A stretch of DNA of 64,000 nt from NCBI GenBank assembly GCA_030141605.1, contig JAQGDQ010000312.1, positions 145,445 to 209,444 on the forward strand, given 5' to 3'. Positions 26,713-38,985 of the stretch are shown here, piece after piece. The position numbers were made by a program, and so were the translations under genes. Numbering within the stretch: position 1 is the first letter of the stretch; every line of letters starts with the position of its first letter. The notes beneath the pieces were generated by a model. The model saw only the letters and a list, made by a program, of their open reading frames with translations. It did not search any database and was not told the origin of the DNA. The stretch is from Tubiluchus corallicola. Its lineage: Eukaryota; Animalia; Priapulida.

Positions 26713-27170
26713 CAGTAAATTCCCCGTAACTCAAATTTTTTCCTAACTCAAACAACTTCAGCAGAATCGATGAAATACTTCGTTTTTGCCACAACAAACA
26801 TTGCTTAACTCAAAAGTGCGCCTAACTCAAATAAAAAAGTATGCTCCATTTAATCAAAGTACATGTAATTTACTTCGCCTAACTCAAAAATGCAATTTAT
26901 ACTCTAGCCTCACTGTCATGTTGTTTAACAGTGTTGTGTTTGTGTCCTTTTGTAACATAAAAAAAAGCGTGCTTCACTACATAATTTGTTATTCTTTATG
27001 TAAATGTCATCAAATCTCTTCATTTATGTACTGAAGGATTCACTTTCTGCCTTCTAATTAGCTTGCCGTCTGGAGGAGGGGTTTAGAATTCCTATGCTGG
27101 AAAATGGTCAACATCGCCTAAATCAAAGTTTTTTCGATCAGATTGGATTTGAGTTGTGCGGAGTTTACTG
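26713..27170. mobile_element. pogo-like MITE in the presumed Spt5 3' UTR
   Basis: ta-cagtaaattccccgtaactcaaat ... atttgagttgtgcggagtttactg-ta. Confidence 0.8.
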
Positions 27171-27231
27171 TATAACGATCGAAACCCATTTAAAGAAAAA
27201 CTAAAAGCAAATGTAACAATGCAAATGTAGC

Positions 27232-30200
27232 TCAATCGGCCATCTTGCAGAGGAAGCGAAGTTGCAGTAATTTTACATTTTCGTTATCAATTTTCACCAC
27301 GGCATCATTCATGTCAATACTCAGCAACTTGCCCGTATTCTCTCTATCTTCTCCGGTTATTATCTTCACCCTGTCTCCTGGGTGGGGGGTCACAGGCTCC
27401 AAGTGTTCTCCCAGGACGCTAATCATCTTATCTTCATCAATCATGTACACGGAACACATTCCTCCAGATACGCTCCGTATTATACCCTTGTGGCCACGGA
27501 AAGTGGAATCGTCGTGAGTGGCTTTCACGCTGACAACGATGTCGGTGGTTTGCCAATCTCCGCCAAGCAAGTTCATTCCTGTTCCAGGAGTTTGTGGATT
27601 AAACGGAGAAGGTACTCCGGGTGTCATTGGACTATAGCCCATGGGAGATGCAGTTGGGACTCCAAAGGACCCCGGAGATGGTGAATGATGATAGGTGGCA
27701 GGGCTTGGCGTAGGAACAAAACTTGGACTTGGAGTTGGATTGTATCCAGCTGGAGAAGGTGTAGCTTGATACGGGGAGTAGGTGTGGTCACCCGTACCAT
27801 AAATTCCTGATGCGCCTGGAGTCTGTGGAGTGTATGGACCCTGACTAGGCGGCGTGTCAGGTTGATAGCCAGGTGTCGCTGGATTAGGAGTTCCCACATA
27901 TCCGCTAGGGGAAGGTGAAGGATCGTCAAAGTGAAAATCATCAAATTCGTTAGGTCGTGCTGGAGTATTTGCATTGCTAGGATCCCATGCACCAGTTCTC
28001 CCAGGTGTTCTGCTGCCATCATCAGTATGTGAAGGAGTCATGCTGCCGTAATGTGGAGTTCGGCTGCCAGGTTCATGAACTGGAGTCTGCGAGCCATAAA
28101 GAGGTGTGCGACCACCAGCACCTCTGTCATACATCGGCGTTTGTGAACCGTACATTGGGGTCTTCGTATACTGCGACACACCACCAGTGTTCTTTTGCCC
28201 TGTGATTGGCGCAAGGCGAGATCTGTCTACGGAGATGGTCTTACAGCTAGAATGCAACTCAACCCTGGCCAGCGTTTCAGTTGCGTCCTTGACAATGCCA
28301 ATGTGACCTTTAAATGGACCTTGAATGATCCTCATTGTTTGCCCAATTATTTCTCTGTCACGACCCGAAAATCCTCGTCCCCTGCCCCTGCCTGCCGGAG
28401 ATGCCATGCCACCAGGGGTCAGCTTACCACCACCACTCACATGCAATGGACTAGCAATCCTTGGAGACGTTGGTGCAAATATTCCTCCCATAGGCAACCC
28501 ATCTGCTCTTGATCCTCCAGCCAAAGATAAATGCTTTGTTCTACAAACAAATATCCCGCCATTTTCTGTTACCATCCGAGAGTGAAGAAAAGCAAAGCTT
28601 CTGTACAAGTGTTTGATTTCACCCTGGCGACCATGGTTTGGTCCATCGACAACTTTAACGATATCTCTCACGCGGATACTGTTCTGCTCCGCGTCGAGAG
28701 CGACGGCAAAACGACTATCTTTTTTTCTCGTTATAGCTTGCGGCTTCTTGTTAATCACTTTCCCGTTCATGTTAAGTACTTGGAAATTCTCCTTTTCCAG
28801 GCGGACGATACAGCCGACTGTTTGTGGGTCAAGCATGACGAGATCTCCCCACTGAAACTGACCAAGCATATCCACACCAGTTGCCATATCCTGACACAAC
28901 TGCAGATCCTGAGCTCTCACTTTTAGCTCGTGCATGGTAAGGTCCGAAAATAAAATTATGATATTGCCTTCCACACGAACTATCAACCCAGTATCGCCTT
29001 CATATTTTCCAGCTATCACTTTGACGTGATTGCCAACGTTGAAATATTTCTTCAATTCCACTGCGGGAAACTCCAGCGGATCCTTGAGATCCTCGTGTTT
29101 GGGAATAATGGTAATTTTGTTCCCATCGATACTAATCACTTTACCTTGCAGGTGAACGAGTTCACCTTCTGCTACTTCTACCACGTCTCCTGGCTCAAAG
29201 TTGTGCGACTTGTTTTCTTTTCCAACAGTTGACGCAAGCTCTATGTCAACACCTTCTGGCTGATCTTCGAACTTTTCTAGTTCTGACAGCGTGGGTTTAA
29301 CTCCATCAGCTACAATAGCAGACATGGCAAATGACTTGAATAAAAATCCTTTTCTGCTGTACCGATTTCCCTCAAAAATTAGAAAGTCGCCGTCACTGGT
29401 AATTTCACCTCCTATTGCCTTTATGGCATCAAAATCAAACAATTTTTGTGGAGGTTTCCTTTTCTTTTTTACATCCGATTCATTTCCTGTTCTTAAAGCT
29501 CCTCGTGCACGGGTGTAGTCAATTCTCGGGATAAGTTTCAAATGTACAGTATTCTGTGCAGTATCCACAAAATCTACTTGTGCAATGTCATCCTTAAAAA
29601 CACCCCTCTTTAGACGAACCCACGCTTTCGGCTTAAGGATGACCTGTTCCTTCACAACTCTCATTACGTCAGTCATCTCTTTTATCGGTACCATCTGCTG
29701 ACTCCATATTCCCATCCTTAAATTTCCCACACCCTCAATTGCTTGCTTTACGTGTGTTTGCTTGTATGACTCCACGTATATGTAGCCTTTAATACCTTCT
29801 ACAGCTATAACTGACTTGATTTGTAAGGGTTCGTCTGTATGCTGGTATGCCACAAATTTGCGCATCAATTGCAAGACTGTTGCTTTTTCTTCTCCTATTT
29901 TGCACTTCACCATCCACAAGTTAGGGTCTTTCACTCCAGGTAACAATCCTTGCTGAGTAATCTCGTCGGAGAGGTCTGTCTCTTTACCCTCGCCACCAAT
30001 AACTCGCTGAGAGCTCATGCCGGCATACTTCTTCTTGAAGTACTCCTCAATTTCGTCTTCATTGTGCTTGCTCCACATGGCATCCAACCGACGCGAACCT
30101 TCCATATCTCGAGCCGCATCTTCGGCTCTTACCGATTTCTTGTCAATAAGATCCTCTGCACCAATCTCCCACTCGCCTTCATCCTCTTCCTCTTCGTCAA

Positions 30201-30459
30201 CTTCGGCTTCATCAAGAATGAATCCGCTGTGACGAGGGCGTTTCCGTCGCGGCCCTTCGTCCTCTTCGTCTTCTTCTTCGTCTTCATCTTCCACAAGATC
30301 TTCACCTTCAGGTTCCTCTTCCTCTGCACCACTAGCTACATCGCTGGCCTCACTTGCTTCACTATGAACAGGACTAGACGGTTGGTCAACTTCCTCCTCT
30401 CCCCCGCTTTCGTGTTCCGATACATCGCTTGCATCAGAGTCAGACATGACTGCGTTCAT
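27232..30459 (-). CDS. SUPT5H: Transcription elongation factor Spt5 (DSIF subunit), CDS uninterrupted by introns
   Basis: 1075-aa ORF with acidic N-terminus, NGN domain ([20 protein letters not shown]), KOW repeats, RGRGRG, CTR (GSQTP/GSRTP) and TPSP repeats, C-terminal KOW. True start may be the second ATG (MSDSD, 30447). Acceptor ttttgtgtttcag lies 6 nt before the first ATG (exon start 30465). Confidence 0.98.
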   Translation of the reverse strand: MNAVMSDSDASDVSEHESGGEEEVDQPSSPVHSEASEASDVASGAEEEEPEGEDLVEDEDEEEDEEDEGPRRKRPRHSGFILDEAEVDEEEEDEGEWEIGAEDLIDKKSVRAEDAARDMEGSRRLDAMWSKHNEDEIEEYFKKKYAGMSSQRVIGGEGKETDLSDEITQQGLLPGVKDPNLWMVKCKIGEEKATVLQLMRKFVAYQHTDEPLQIKSVIAVEGIKGYIYVESYKQTHVKQAIEGVGNLRMGIWSQQMVPIKEMTDVMRVVKEQVILKPKAWVRLKRGVFKDDIAQVDFVDTAQNTVHLKLIPRIDYTRARGALRTGNESDVKKKRKPPQKLFDFDAIKAIGGEITSDGDFLIFEGNRYSRKGFLFKSFAMSAIVADGVKPTLSELEKFEDQPEGVDIELASTVGKENKSHNFEPGDVVEVAEGELVHLQGKVISIDGNKITIIPKHEDLKDPLEFPAVELKKYFNVGNHVKVIAGKYEGDTGLIVRVEGNIIILFSDLTMHELKVRAQDLQLCQDMATGVDMLGQFQWGDLVMLDPQTVGCIVRLEKENFQVLNMNGKVINKKPQAITRKKDSRFAVALDAEQNSIRVRDIVKVVDGPNHGRQGEIKHLYRSFAFLHSRMVTENGGIFVCRTKHLSLAGGSRADGLPMGGIFAPTSPRIASPLHVSGGGKLTPGGMASPAGRGRGRGFSGRDREIIGQTMRIIQGPFKGHIGIVKDATETLARVELHSSCKTISVDRSRLAPITGQKNTGGVSQYTKTPMYGSQTPMYDRGAGGRTPLYGSQTPVHEPGSRTPHYGSMTPSHTDDGSRTPGRTGAWDPSNANTPARPNEFDDFHFDDPSPSPSGYVGTPNPATPGYQPDTPPSQGPYTPQTPGASGIYGTGDHTYSPYQATPSPAGYNPTPSPSFVPTPSPATYHHSPSPGSFGVPTASPMGYSPMTPGVPSPFNPQTPGTGMNLLGGDWQTTDIVVSVKATHDDSTFRGHKGIIRSVSGGMCSVYMIDEDKMISVLGEHLEPVTPHPGDRVKIITGEDRENTGKLLSIDMNDAVVKIDNENVKLLQLRFLCKMAD

Positions 30460-30664
30460 CAGTCACTGAAACACAAAAATGTAATTTTTAATTTTTTTAA
30501 GCTTTGTGAATGTTTAAAGCTGAAACGTGAAATATTTAAAATCTGTTGAAATCAAAGTTTGTTTATTTCCTACTAGTTAGCAGTAATGTTTTAAGTTTTC
30601 CCAATGCACATTATTCATGCTTTGTTTTTTAGCTTTGTATTACTAAATTATTGTATAATTATTG

Positions 30665-31200
30665 GGACGAGGAAAATCTATTTGAGTTATGCAAAGGTAC
30701 GAGTTACACAATGTTCGTAAGAAAACAAGATTGAGTCACTCATCAACGTCAGACAATGCAATGCAGGCTGTGAAGATGACAAACTGGGCTTTTAATCAAA
30801 CATCAAGCTACAGATTTATGAATAATCAAAAAAATGGCTGCTCCAATTCTATTGTAGTCTGGGCAGCATGGTGAATAGAATTTGGCAACAATGATATTGT
30901 GATCTAATTACTAAACGACATTTGTTAAGTCATGTCATGTTCAGCATTCTACTAAGGTAATACAAGAAATCTTAGCATTTCCGCTGAAACTAGCAGTTAA
31001 AATCATAATGTGGTGCACACTTTTGCGTAGGATTTATCACTTGGGAGGCTATCTGAGATAGCCGGGGTAGTTTCAATTAGACTCTAAAAAATACTACCGG
31101 GAATTCAATTTGAGTTACAATTTGAGTTACGGATAGGTAAAATCTGTTTCACGAGATCTGTTCGAGATAAACAAGAATTATGACTGGTCGAGTTATACAG
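30665..31200 (-). mobile_element. MITE family D copy (inverted relative to 31712-32260)
   Basis: Reverse complement aligns along its length with 31712-32260. Confidence 0.8.
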
Positions 31201-31344
31201 TGGAACAATGCTTGCTATTGTAACCTACTACAACTACTTTTGCACTCTAATGGCCAACTCCAGTATATTTATTTTCATTCTCCTATTAAGAGCCATTAAG
31301 AACAAGGTACATTAAGGACAAGGACATTAGTCATGTCAATATAC

Positions 31345-31465
31345 CTGTCAGTAGCACATTTTGTATCTTTAGGAAGAAGTACCATACAATCAGTTTGCAA
31401 CAGGAAGCAACAACAAGGATAAACAATGGATCAGAATTTACACAAAACTGATGCCATAAAACTGA
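31345..31465 (-). other. Candidate non-coding 5'-UTR exon of the Spt5/FAAH2 locus
   Basis: Acceptor tgtttgatttctag and donor cag/gtatat; a unique island between two inverted MITEs. Splice signals are the only support. Confidence 0.35.
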
Positions 31466-31711
31466 CTAGAAATCAAACAGCCAGCCAGAAAAAAAACAAT
31501 GAAATTTAAATTTAAAGATAAAGGTAAATTAGCTGAAGCTGGGTCATTTAAAAATACAATTTTTCATTGATCGATAATAATCGGAGATGACATCTAATTT
31601 TAACATTTCAACAATTCGACTACGACTAATGTCGACCATTCCTTGAAATTATCGCCAAACTTTGAACTGCCTCAGATTTTGAAACTACAGTAAGCAGAAA
31701 ATAACAAGCAT

Positions 31712-32260
31712 AGTCAACTGTTAACTCGAATTCTTCTATCTGAACAGATCTGTGAACAGATTTTCCTATGTAACTCAAATTGAATTACGGACAATTTTTA
31801 CGAACTAATGAAATACCGCCTATCACAACAGCCTCCCAAGTGAGAAGTTCTACGTGAAAGTGTGCACCACTTTACGATTTTAACTGCTACTTTCAGCAAA
31901 AATGCTAAGATTTCTTGTATTACTTTAGCAGAACGCTGTACACAACATGGCTTAACTAACGTGGTTTAATGTATATCACAATACTATTATTGCCAAATTC
32001 TATTAGCCATGCTATTCAAACTACAATAGAGGTGAACCAGGCTTTTTATTTTTGATTATTGATAAAAAATGTTGTTTGATATTTGGTTAAAGGCCCAGTA
32101 CTTTGTCATTTTCTCAGGGTGCAGTGTTATTAGCGTACTTTCTAACGTTGATGAGTGACTCAATCTTGTTTTCTTATGAACATTGTCAACTTGTACTTTC
32201 GCTTAACTCAAACGACTTTTCCGGTCGTGAGGAGTTAGAGTTATACATAGTTTACCGTAG
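31712..32260 (+). mobile_element. MITE family D copy
   Basis: tagtcaactg...catagtttaccgta; homologous to 12780-13201. Confidence 0.8.
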
Positions 32261-32968
32261 AATGAAAAAAATTCAGTACTACAAATTTCACAGTAAAAAT
32301 CATACAATTTTTTTACTAGACTTGGTAAGCTAGCATTTTATTAAATTCTATTTTATTAAAGATTCTGCAGAGAGTTGGGAAAAGTTTGATAAGTTAGGAT
32401 CTAGTACTGTTGTTTATTTCCATATGTCCAAACATCATAAATTAGTACAATATTAAGCTGTTAAGAAAGTGAGAAAAGGGTGGTGGAGGATCTTACATTT
32501 AATTCTTGACCATACAGGCAGCTTTTAATGAAAATTACTGTAGTACAAAACATCCTTAAAACAAAGCAAATTGCATTCCAAAAATAACGTAAACTTCAAC
32601 CGTGTTAGGACAGTTGTGAATGCCCTTACTATCAAACGCCTTACAATTTAAGTTTGTTTAAGTTTATTTATTTCCACACTGCATCTTACAGTTATAATAA
32701 AAATACAGATAATTTTCCGCTGAAGTAAATATAAATATAAATGCAATATAATCCAGAAATGCAGATTCTTATGCAGCACATACACTTGCAAATTATATTA
32801 TAGAACAATTGTGATGCATAGTTTGAGCCTAAAAGCATAACTTGACAGGCCAAACTGTACGTGGAAATCTTAAAGAAAGGATTAATAATTGAAATAATGA
32901 TAATATATACGTAAAGGTGGGGGGAGTAGTGAATGAAAGATGAACTGGAGCGAGAACTAAGAAAAATT

Positions 32969-33703
32969 GGCGCTATTACACTTTCGCACCGCCTAGTTTT
33001 TTCTGGCCTATTGGTTGTTTTCACGCCTGCAGGCCAGAAAGCAGACCAACAGGCGTAATATACACCATATTCCCATGATATTATTGATTTTTAGACCTTA
33101 CAATTCCAGATTAAAATCAAACATTACTTACCGTCACCGTGACGCAAAAAGGTCCACGTGAATAACTGTGTTTACACCATTAATGCGCAATCGCTCTCGC
33201 GCAGTGACGATGTGGCCCTTAACATGTATTTTTAGTTTCTTTGCATAATTTATGATTGTTAGGGTTGCAGCCACGGGACCCAAGCTGGCGTACATGAGGA
33301 AATTATTTTAGACCACTACAGTTATTTATCATTAATTTTATTTATTACTGTAGTATTATTACTATTAGATTATAAAAAAGTAAAGGTTTTTTCTTTATTT
33401 CGTAAATGCGGTCAAGATGAAAGTGTGTCACATGCCTTTTAAGCTAGGCCCTGATAATGCATAAACTAGTACGAAATTCGTCACGTGACTACACACACAA
33501 ACAAGATGGCGATACGAACTGTATAGTGTAGAACTGTGAATACAACGTAATTATTGGTAATTATACCTAAATATATGATTAAATTACCACGAGATTAGCG
33601 GAAACATTCACTGATGAAGTGAGAATAACAGAATAATGACCTACGAGCCTAGAAACGAGTAATAACCTAGAAAAACTAGGCGGTGCGAAAGTGTAATAGC
33701 GCC
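32969..33703. mobile_element. 735-bp non-autonomous DNA transposon, Merlin-like
   Basis: Perfect 33-bp TIRs (GGCGCTATTACACTTTCGCACCGCCTAGTTTTT at 32969-33001, reverse complement at 33671-33703). Identical 8-bp flanks GAAAAATT (32961-32968 and 33704-33711). GG-initiated TIR plus 8-bp TSD fits Merlin. Confidence 0.8.
33120..33520. promoter_or_regulatory. Promoter-like motif cluster with minus-strand splice donor, inside the Merlin-like element
   Basis: Minus-strand donor gacg/gtaagta at 33132/33131; CpG-rich TCTCGCGCAG (about 33196); palindromic GTCACGTGAC E-box (33480-33489); YY1-type AAGATGGCG on + (33503-33511). Confidence 0.45.
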
Positions 33704-36700
33704 GAAAAATTGTGATCATGATTATAAAGGTGTTCAGTAACCTGTTGAGCATAGTCACGTTTTATTAAGATTACTGTGGAAAAAGAATGCAGGTAAGTAC
33801 CATTATTTATTTTACTATTCGCTGAATTGCAACACGCTGGCAATTTTTTAGACAACTGCACTTGTTTGCTAACATTACAGATGTTAAATTTGACAACGGG
33901 AAGTGTACTGGCATAAAAATAACTGTGGCTAAAACCTCAAAATTCGTTTAATAAAAACCTACCCTACAAGCGCTTTCTGTAACCACTCTAGCGAGTGGTT
34001 TACTAAGTTAAATTTACAAAAATAATTCCTTGGCGAAACGAACAATTCTGTTCTGACCAATTCATGAAAATTTTGCTAATTTTTGTTAGACAGCTTCAGG
34101 TAAACACAATGACCGAAATCTTTTAATACCTAAATTTGCTGTAGCCTTGTAATATCGCCCTCTCTCTCTCTCTCTCTTTCTGCGACTGCGCCAATATATA
34201 CAGAGTAGCAAAATGCAGGTGTGCTCCTTGCTCAATCACAAAAAAGCAAAATAATATTAAAGCATAATAAACAATTATGCTGATTCCAAACTTGCCACAA
34301 TTTTCATATGAGGATATAAATGGATAAAGACAGTCACCATGTTAAATTCAGATAATAAAATAATCTCACTTTTGTTTGTGATTCTCAAAGTAGAAACAAT
34401 TTAGTACGATATACTGTTACTTTAGTCCTATTTTTTGTGTTATATAAGAAATGATATAGTAGTTATCCCTGTGTTCCTTTTCTTTCCCTTTAATCTTTAT
34501 CACCATCACAACGACAACTTGACATTGCTTAAATTTTTGGCTGGAAAGAGATATTGCCACTACACAAAGCAACGGCCATACTAGCTAATATCACAGTTTG
34601 GCTTGATGCTTCGTAGTTGCACCAGAGTTTAGTTTGCATTGATACTTAAAGTTTTGCCCAGTTCGATTTGGCTTTATTTACTTAAGCTGGTCGACCATCT
34701 TTAGAATTATTTTTAAAATTACAAAAAAATTAGAATCTACAATGACAGTGACACAAACTCATTGTCATCTGGCGGTTAGAAATGTTTTGGCGACTTTTAT
34801 GAAAATTTTATGGAATGTAAACCATTTGCAAGTTAGGCTGTTGCGCGTAATATTTTGCAAGTAGATTGGATTAGAAACACCAGCAAAGAACTTTTAAAAC
34901 GTTTTTGAAGACCTATGACAAAACACTTTTTGGACATGTTAGAAGCAAAATTACAAGTTAATTTTTGTCTACGATTTTCCAGAGCAATCAGACTGAGCTT
35001 ATCTAAAGCATCGTCATAAGAAATAAAATCTTCGTCAGAAATTATTCGACAAATTGTTTTTTGAATTTTTTCAATACTGGCAATTTGAATTTAATTTATA
35101 TAGTAATAGAAGCACATTAGAAGCTTTGTCTTTTTAATACAGAAACAATGAAAATTTGGTTACCCACTTTAGCAGCAATCTTTTCAATTTAAGATTATTT
35201 TGAATTTGATATCCAATTGCGTTGTAACATTTTTAATGTTTTCCAAATTATTACACTTTATTAGTTCCTGATATTTACAGGTCACGACAGATACAAATAT
35301 GGATGTGGAGTTGTGGATGTGTCTTCAATGTGTGTGCTAATGCATCTTTGGCCTCCTTAGAGAGAGTTTTTGATTGACCAGTGATCTGACGCTGAACCGT
35401 TTACCTAGCTCTTACACGTTTTACCTGCAGTTACACAAGGAAGTAGAAGTGGAGTAGGAGGGCTAAAAGAGGTGACAGATAGCATATGAAACGGGTGAGT
35501 AGAGCTTGCATAACTTTATTTACTCTTTTTGAATTCTATGGCAGTGGAAGAAAATGGACGCATGACAAATTTGACAAAGTGCTAAAAAATGATTTGAAAA
35601 TGAGATATGGGACAGTTTAATACCTTCGTGTGAGAAGTGCATTTTAAATACATCAACGTGTCGACAGTTTGCGCTTACACTAACTATTGCATTAGTACAA
35701 ATTTTGCTGCTAAATATTGAAACTCGACAACATTCGCCATCTTTTTGATAATTCATACTTAGATAGGATCCTATTGATGGTTATGAAGTAACCAAGTTCT
35801 GATGATAGTCATTTTCATTGCAATTCAAGTAATAAAATTCTTCAAGTTATGACAGAAAAGTCATATTAGTGCTCATAAATTAGCAATTGGAATCGGTAGA
35901 TATCACAAGCCGAACAAATGTTTGTAAAAATTGTTTGAATAGAGTAGAGGATGAACTGCATGTAATTGCTAAATGCCCAAGGTACATCATATACGAGAGA
36001 AATGTTTGGGTCTCTGATTTTTGCACTAGCATTTAGTATTTGTTGTGTTTTGTTTCTCTCGGAAGGCTCGTAGAGAAAACCAGAAAACACCTCGTCAAAT
36101 TTAACAAGTTTATTAAGCGAGAATTTTACAACACAAAAGTATGAAAGAACGCAAAATGATTACACTAAACGTGAAAATCTGGAAAACGTTTGAGTGTATC
36201 TGAAAATGCAAGTATTCAAGAGAATGTGTAAGTGGCGTCCGTGTGAATCCGTGTGCTCCCGTCTCAGCGGCCTGCTTCGCCTTATATAGCGTGCCTGAGA
36301 AGCTTCTAGACGTTTCTTTCCAGAACATTCTACACGGTAAAACGATTATTCTAACGGAACATTCTACAATGTTCTATGTAATTCTTATAGATGCCAGGGA
36401 TCTCAACAACAGTATTATGTTTCCTAATGAGAAACTTGTGTTTTTAAATTCGTCACAGGATGTAGAAGTGATCAAACTCAACGCTAGGTTGGTCCAGAAA
36501 GTCTATGAATGCAGACCTGACTGAGATAACTCAGCGCAAGCCAGACTGATTATATGCAATAATTGTAGGTCTATGATTTCAAGACTGTTTATACGTATAT
36601 TATGTTGCTTTGTTGTGCGTATTTATGAGCTCGAACCATTGTATCATAAACATGTGGTTTCATTGCATTGTTCTAGCCAGTTTTTCTTTTTTGTCTAATC

Positions 36701-38753
36701 ACTTTAGTGCATACAGTTCTTTCTGTTTTGTATTCTGCTCTGTTTAATTCTGTTTAATAGACATCTTTTCTTCCTAACTTGTTAATTTTTCTTGTTTGCA
36801 GGATGGGTGATGAAGACTGTGAGGATACTTTGCTCAATGAACGACGCGCTTAAAGGAGATGATGGTGTGTTTTATTTGCCTACTAAACTGGGCAAGTGTA
36901 TTTGGAGGAACTAACAGAGGAAGAAAAGGGGGAGGTAAAGGAGACGTGTAGATGAAACAGAGAAGGCAGACAGTAAAATGTGGAGAAAATGGAGGTGTAG
37001 TAGAGATAGAAGTACACAAAATAGAGGAGGAGAAATTGAAAGAAAAAGAAACAGAAGTAGGAGAAACCTACCTAGATGAGAAGGAAGTAGATTAGTCTAG
37101 TTTATCCACGATGAGGAGAAGTTAGGGGAAAAGGTGAAGGAGAGGTAAAGGAGGCTGATGAGGAAGAAGAAAAAGAGGCAGGACAATCTCTTTCTCCACT
37201 TCCACTTAGTTTACTCTCTCCTTGCCGGCTACTTCCCCCTCTCCTATTCCTCTCGGTTTTACCTCTTCTGTCTCCTGTATTCCTTCGCATCTCGTCTTCT
37301 ACTTCTAGCTGAGAAGAGAATTGGGATGTAAAAAGGCAACCTGGGAGACATGGAAAAAAAAGAGGGTAAATAAAAAGAAGGTGCAGAGAAAGAGAAGGGG
37401 GGAGTTGTGGATGTATAAGGACTAGGAAGTGCTTGCAGAAGGGGAGAAAGGTTTTGTAGAATGAGCAGACAAAGAATGGCTGATGGGATTGCAAACCTGT
37501 GTACCTTTGGAACACCTTTGGAAGGTGTAGAATGAGCAGACAAAGAATGGCTGATGGGATTGCAAACCTGTGTACCTTTGGAACACCTTTGGAAGGTGTT
37601 TGATGATTTGAAAAAATACATTGATTTGAATTGTCTCATCGCTTGTGATGTTTGATGTACATTCTGCAAACATGTATATGTATTTCCAAAAAAATATGCT
37701 AATGGCAAAAAAATGTGCTGAACTGCATTAATTTTAGATGATGAAAGTACATGTAGCGGAACTTTTTCGTTAATTTATTAAGAACTTTAGTTTGCAATGT
37801 ACATTGCTGTTGTCGTCGTCGTCACCGTCGTCGTAACTCAGTTACTGGCTAATAATTCTAGGGTTGATCATTTTGTCGATATGTTTTCTGTTTTCTCATT
37901 GTGGTGTTAATTATTTAAATGTAATTATAGGGATCTTGAAAAGCTATTCAATGTTTTTTACATGTGTTCCATTTTACGTGTGGAAGGAAACATCTGCTGT
38001 TATCAAACTTTGTGATTATAAGTTCCAGACAATCACTGTCAGTTCAGCAGATTCGTTTAGAGTAGCTCCATTCTTGACGTGAAATTTGGGAACTAATATT
38101 ACCCCATCTTACACAAATACGCGGGTTTTTACCTCTGTTACTGGTAAACAATAACAGAATGTGCTTACATGTACAAAAAACTTTTATAATTCTTATAACT
38201 GAAATTAATGTTTATAATAGTACAATATGAATGGCATTATCATCACATAATATTATATGTTCATTCATCAAAGGAAGTAATGCTGTTAACCTTTTGCTGC
38301 CAAACACTTCGGTTTCATAGCTGCCCTCCAAGATGAAGTATCTTTCAGAATTCGAGCTGTTCTGTTGAAATCTTTTGACGTGAGATCCATCCATGAGAAT
38401 CACCTTCGTGAAGATAACACTGAACTGAACTTCAATGGTCTGCATGAATTTTTCAATGGAAACCCAATGTCGTATTGTGAATTTGTAAATAACTCTTTGG
38501 CGATTTTTGAACAGTAATGATCATGTTATGTGATCAAAAGTGTTTATCGTGACTTGGCAAATAACCCTTGAGCTGTTTTTGGACAGTAATGATCACGTTA
38601 GGCGATAATAAGTGTGTAGTGAGAATTTGTAAATAATTCTTCAGTTATTTTTTGACAGTAATGATCATGTTATAAGATTAAAGGTGCTTTTTTGTAGTGA
38701 TCTATAGACTGAACCAAAATATCATGTTCGACTATATCTTAATCAGTCAATAA

Positions 38754-38860
38754 ACACACACGCACGCACACACACATACAAATGCATGCACACACACACG
38801 CACGCACGCACGCACGCACGCACAGACACACACACATGCATGGACAAACACATACACATG

Positions 38861-38923
<63 letters not shown>

Positions 38924-38985
38924 CCTCATTCACACACATGCACCCACCCACACAAACACGCGCACACACACCCTCACACACACAT
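38754..38985. repeat. (CA)n microsatellite
   Basis: Direct. Confidence 0.97.

Noticed and set aside
27245-30549. Plus-strand and alternate-frame ORFs within Spt5
   Set aside because: Shadow ORFs of a long coding sequence; no independent signals.
36834-37708. ORFs in the purine-rich region
   Set aside because: Low-complexity GA-rich sequence with a 69-bp duplication; no protein family signal.
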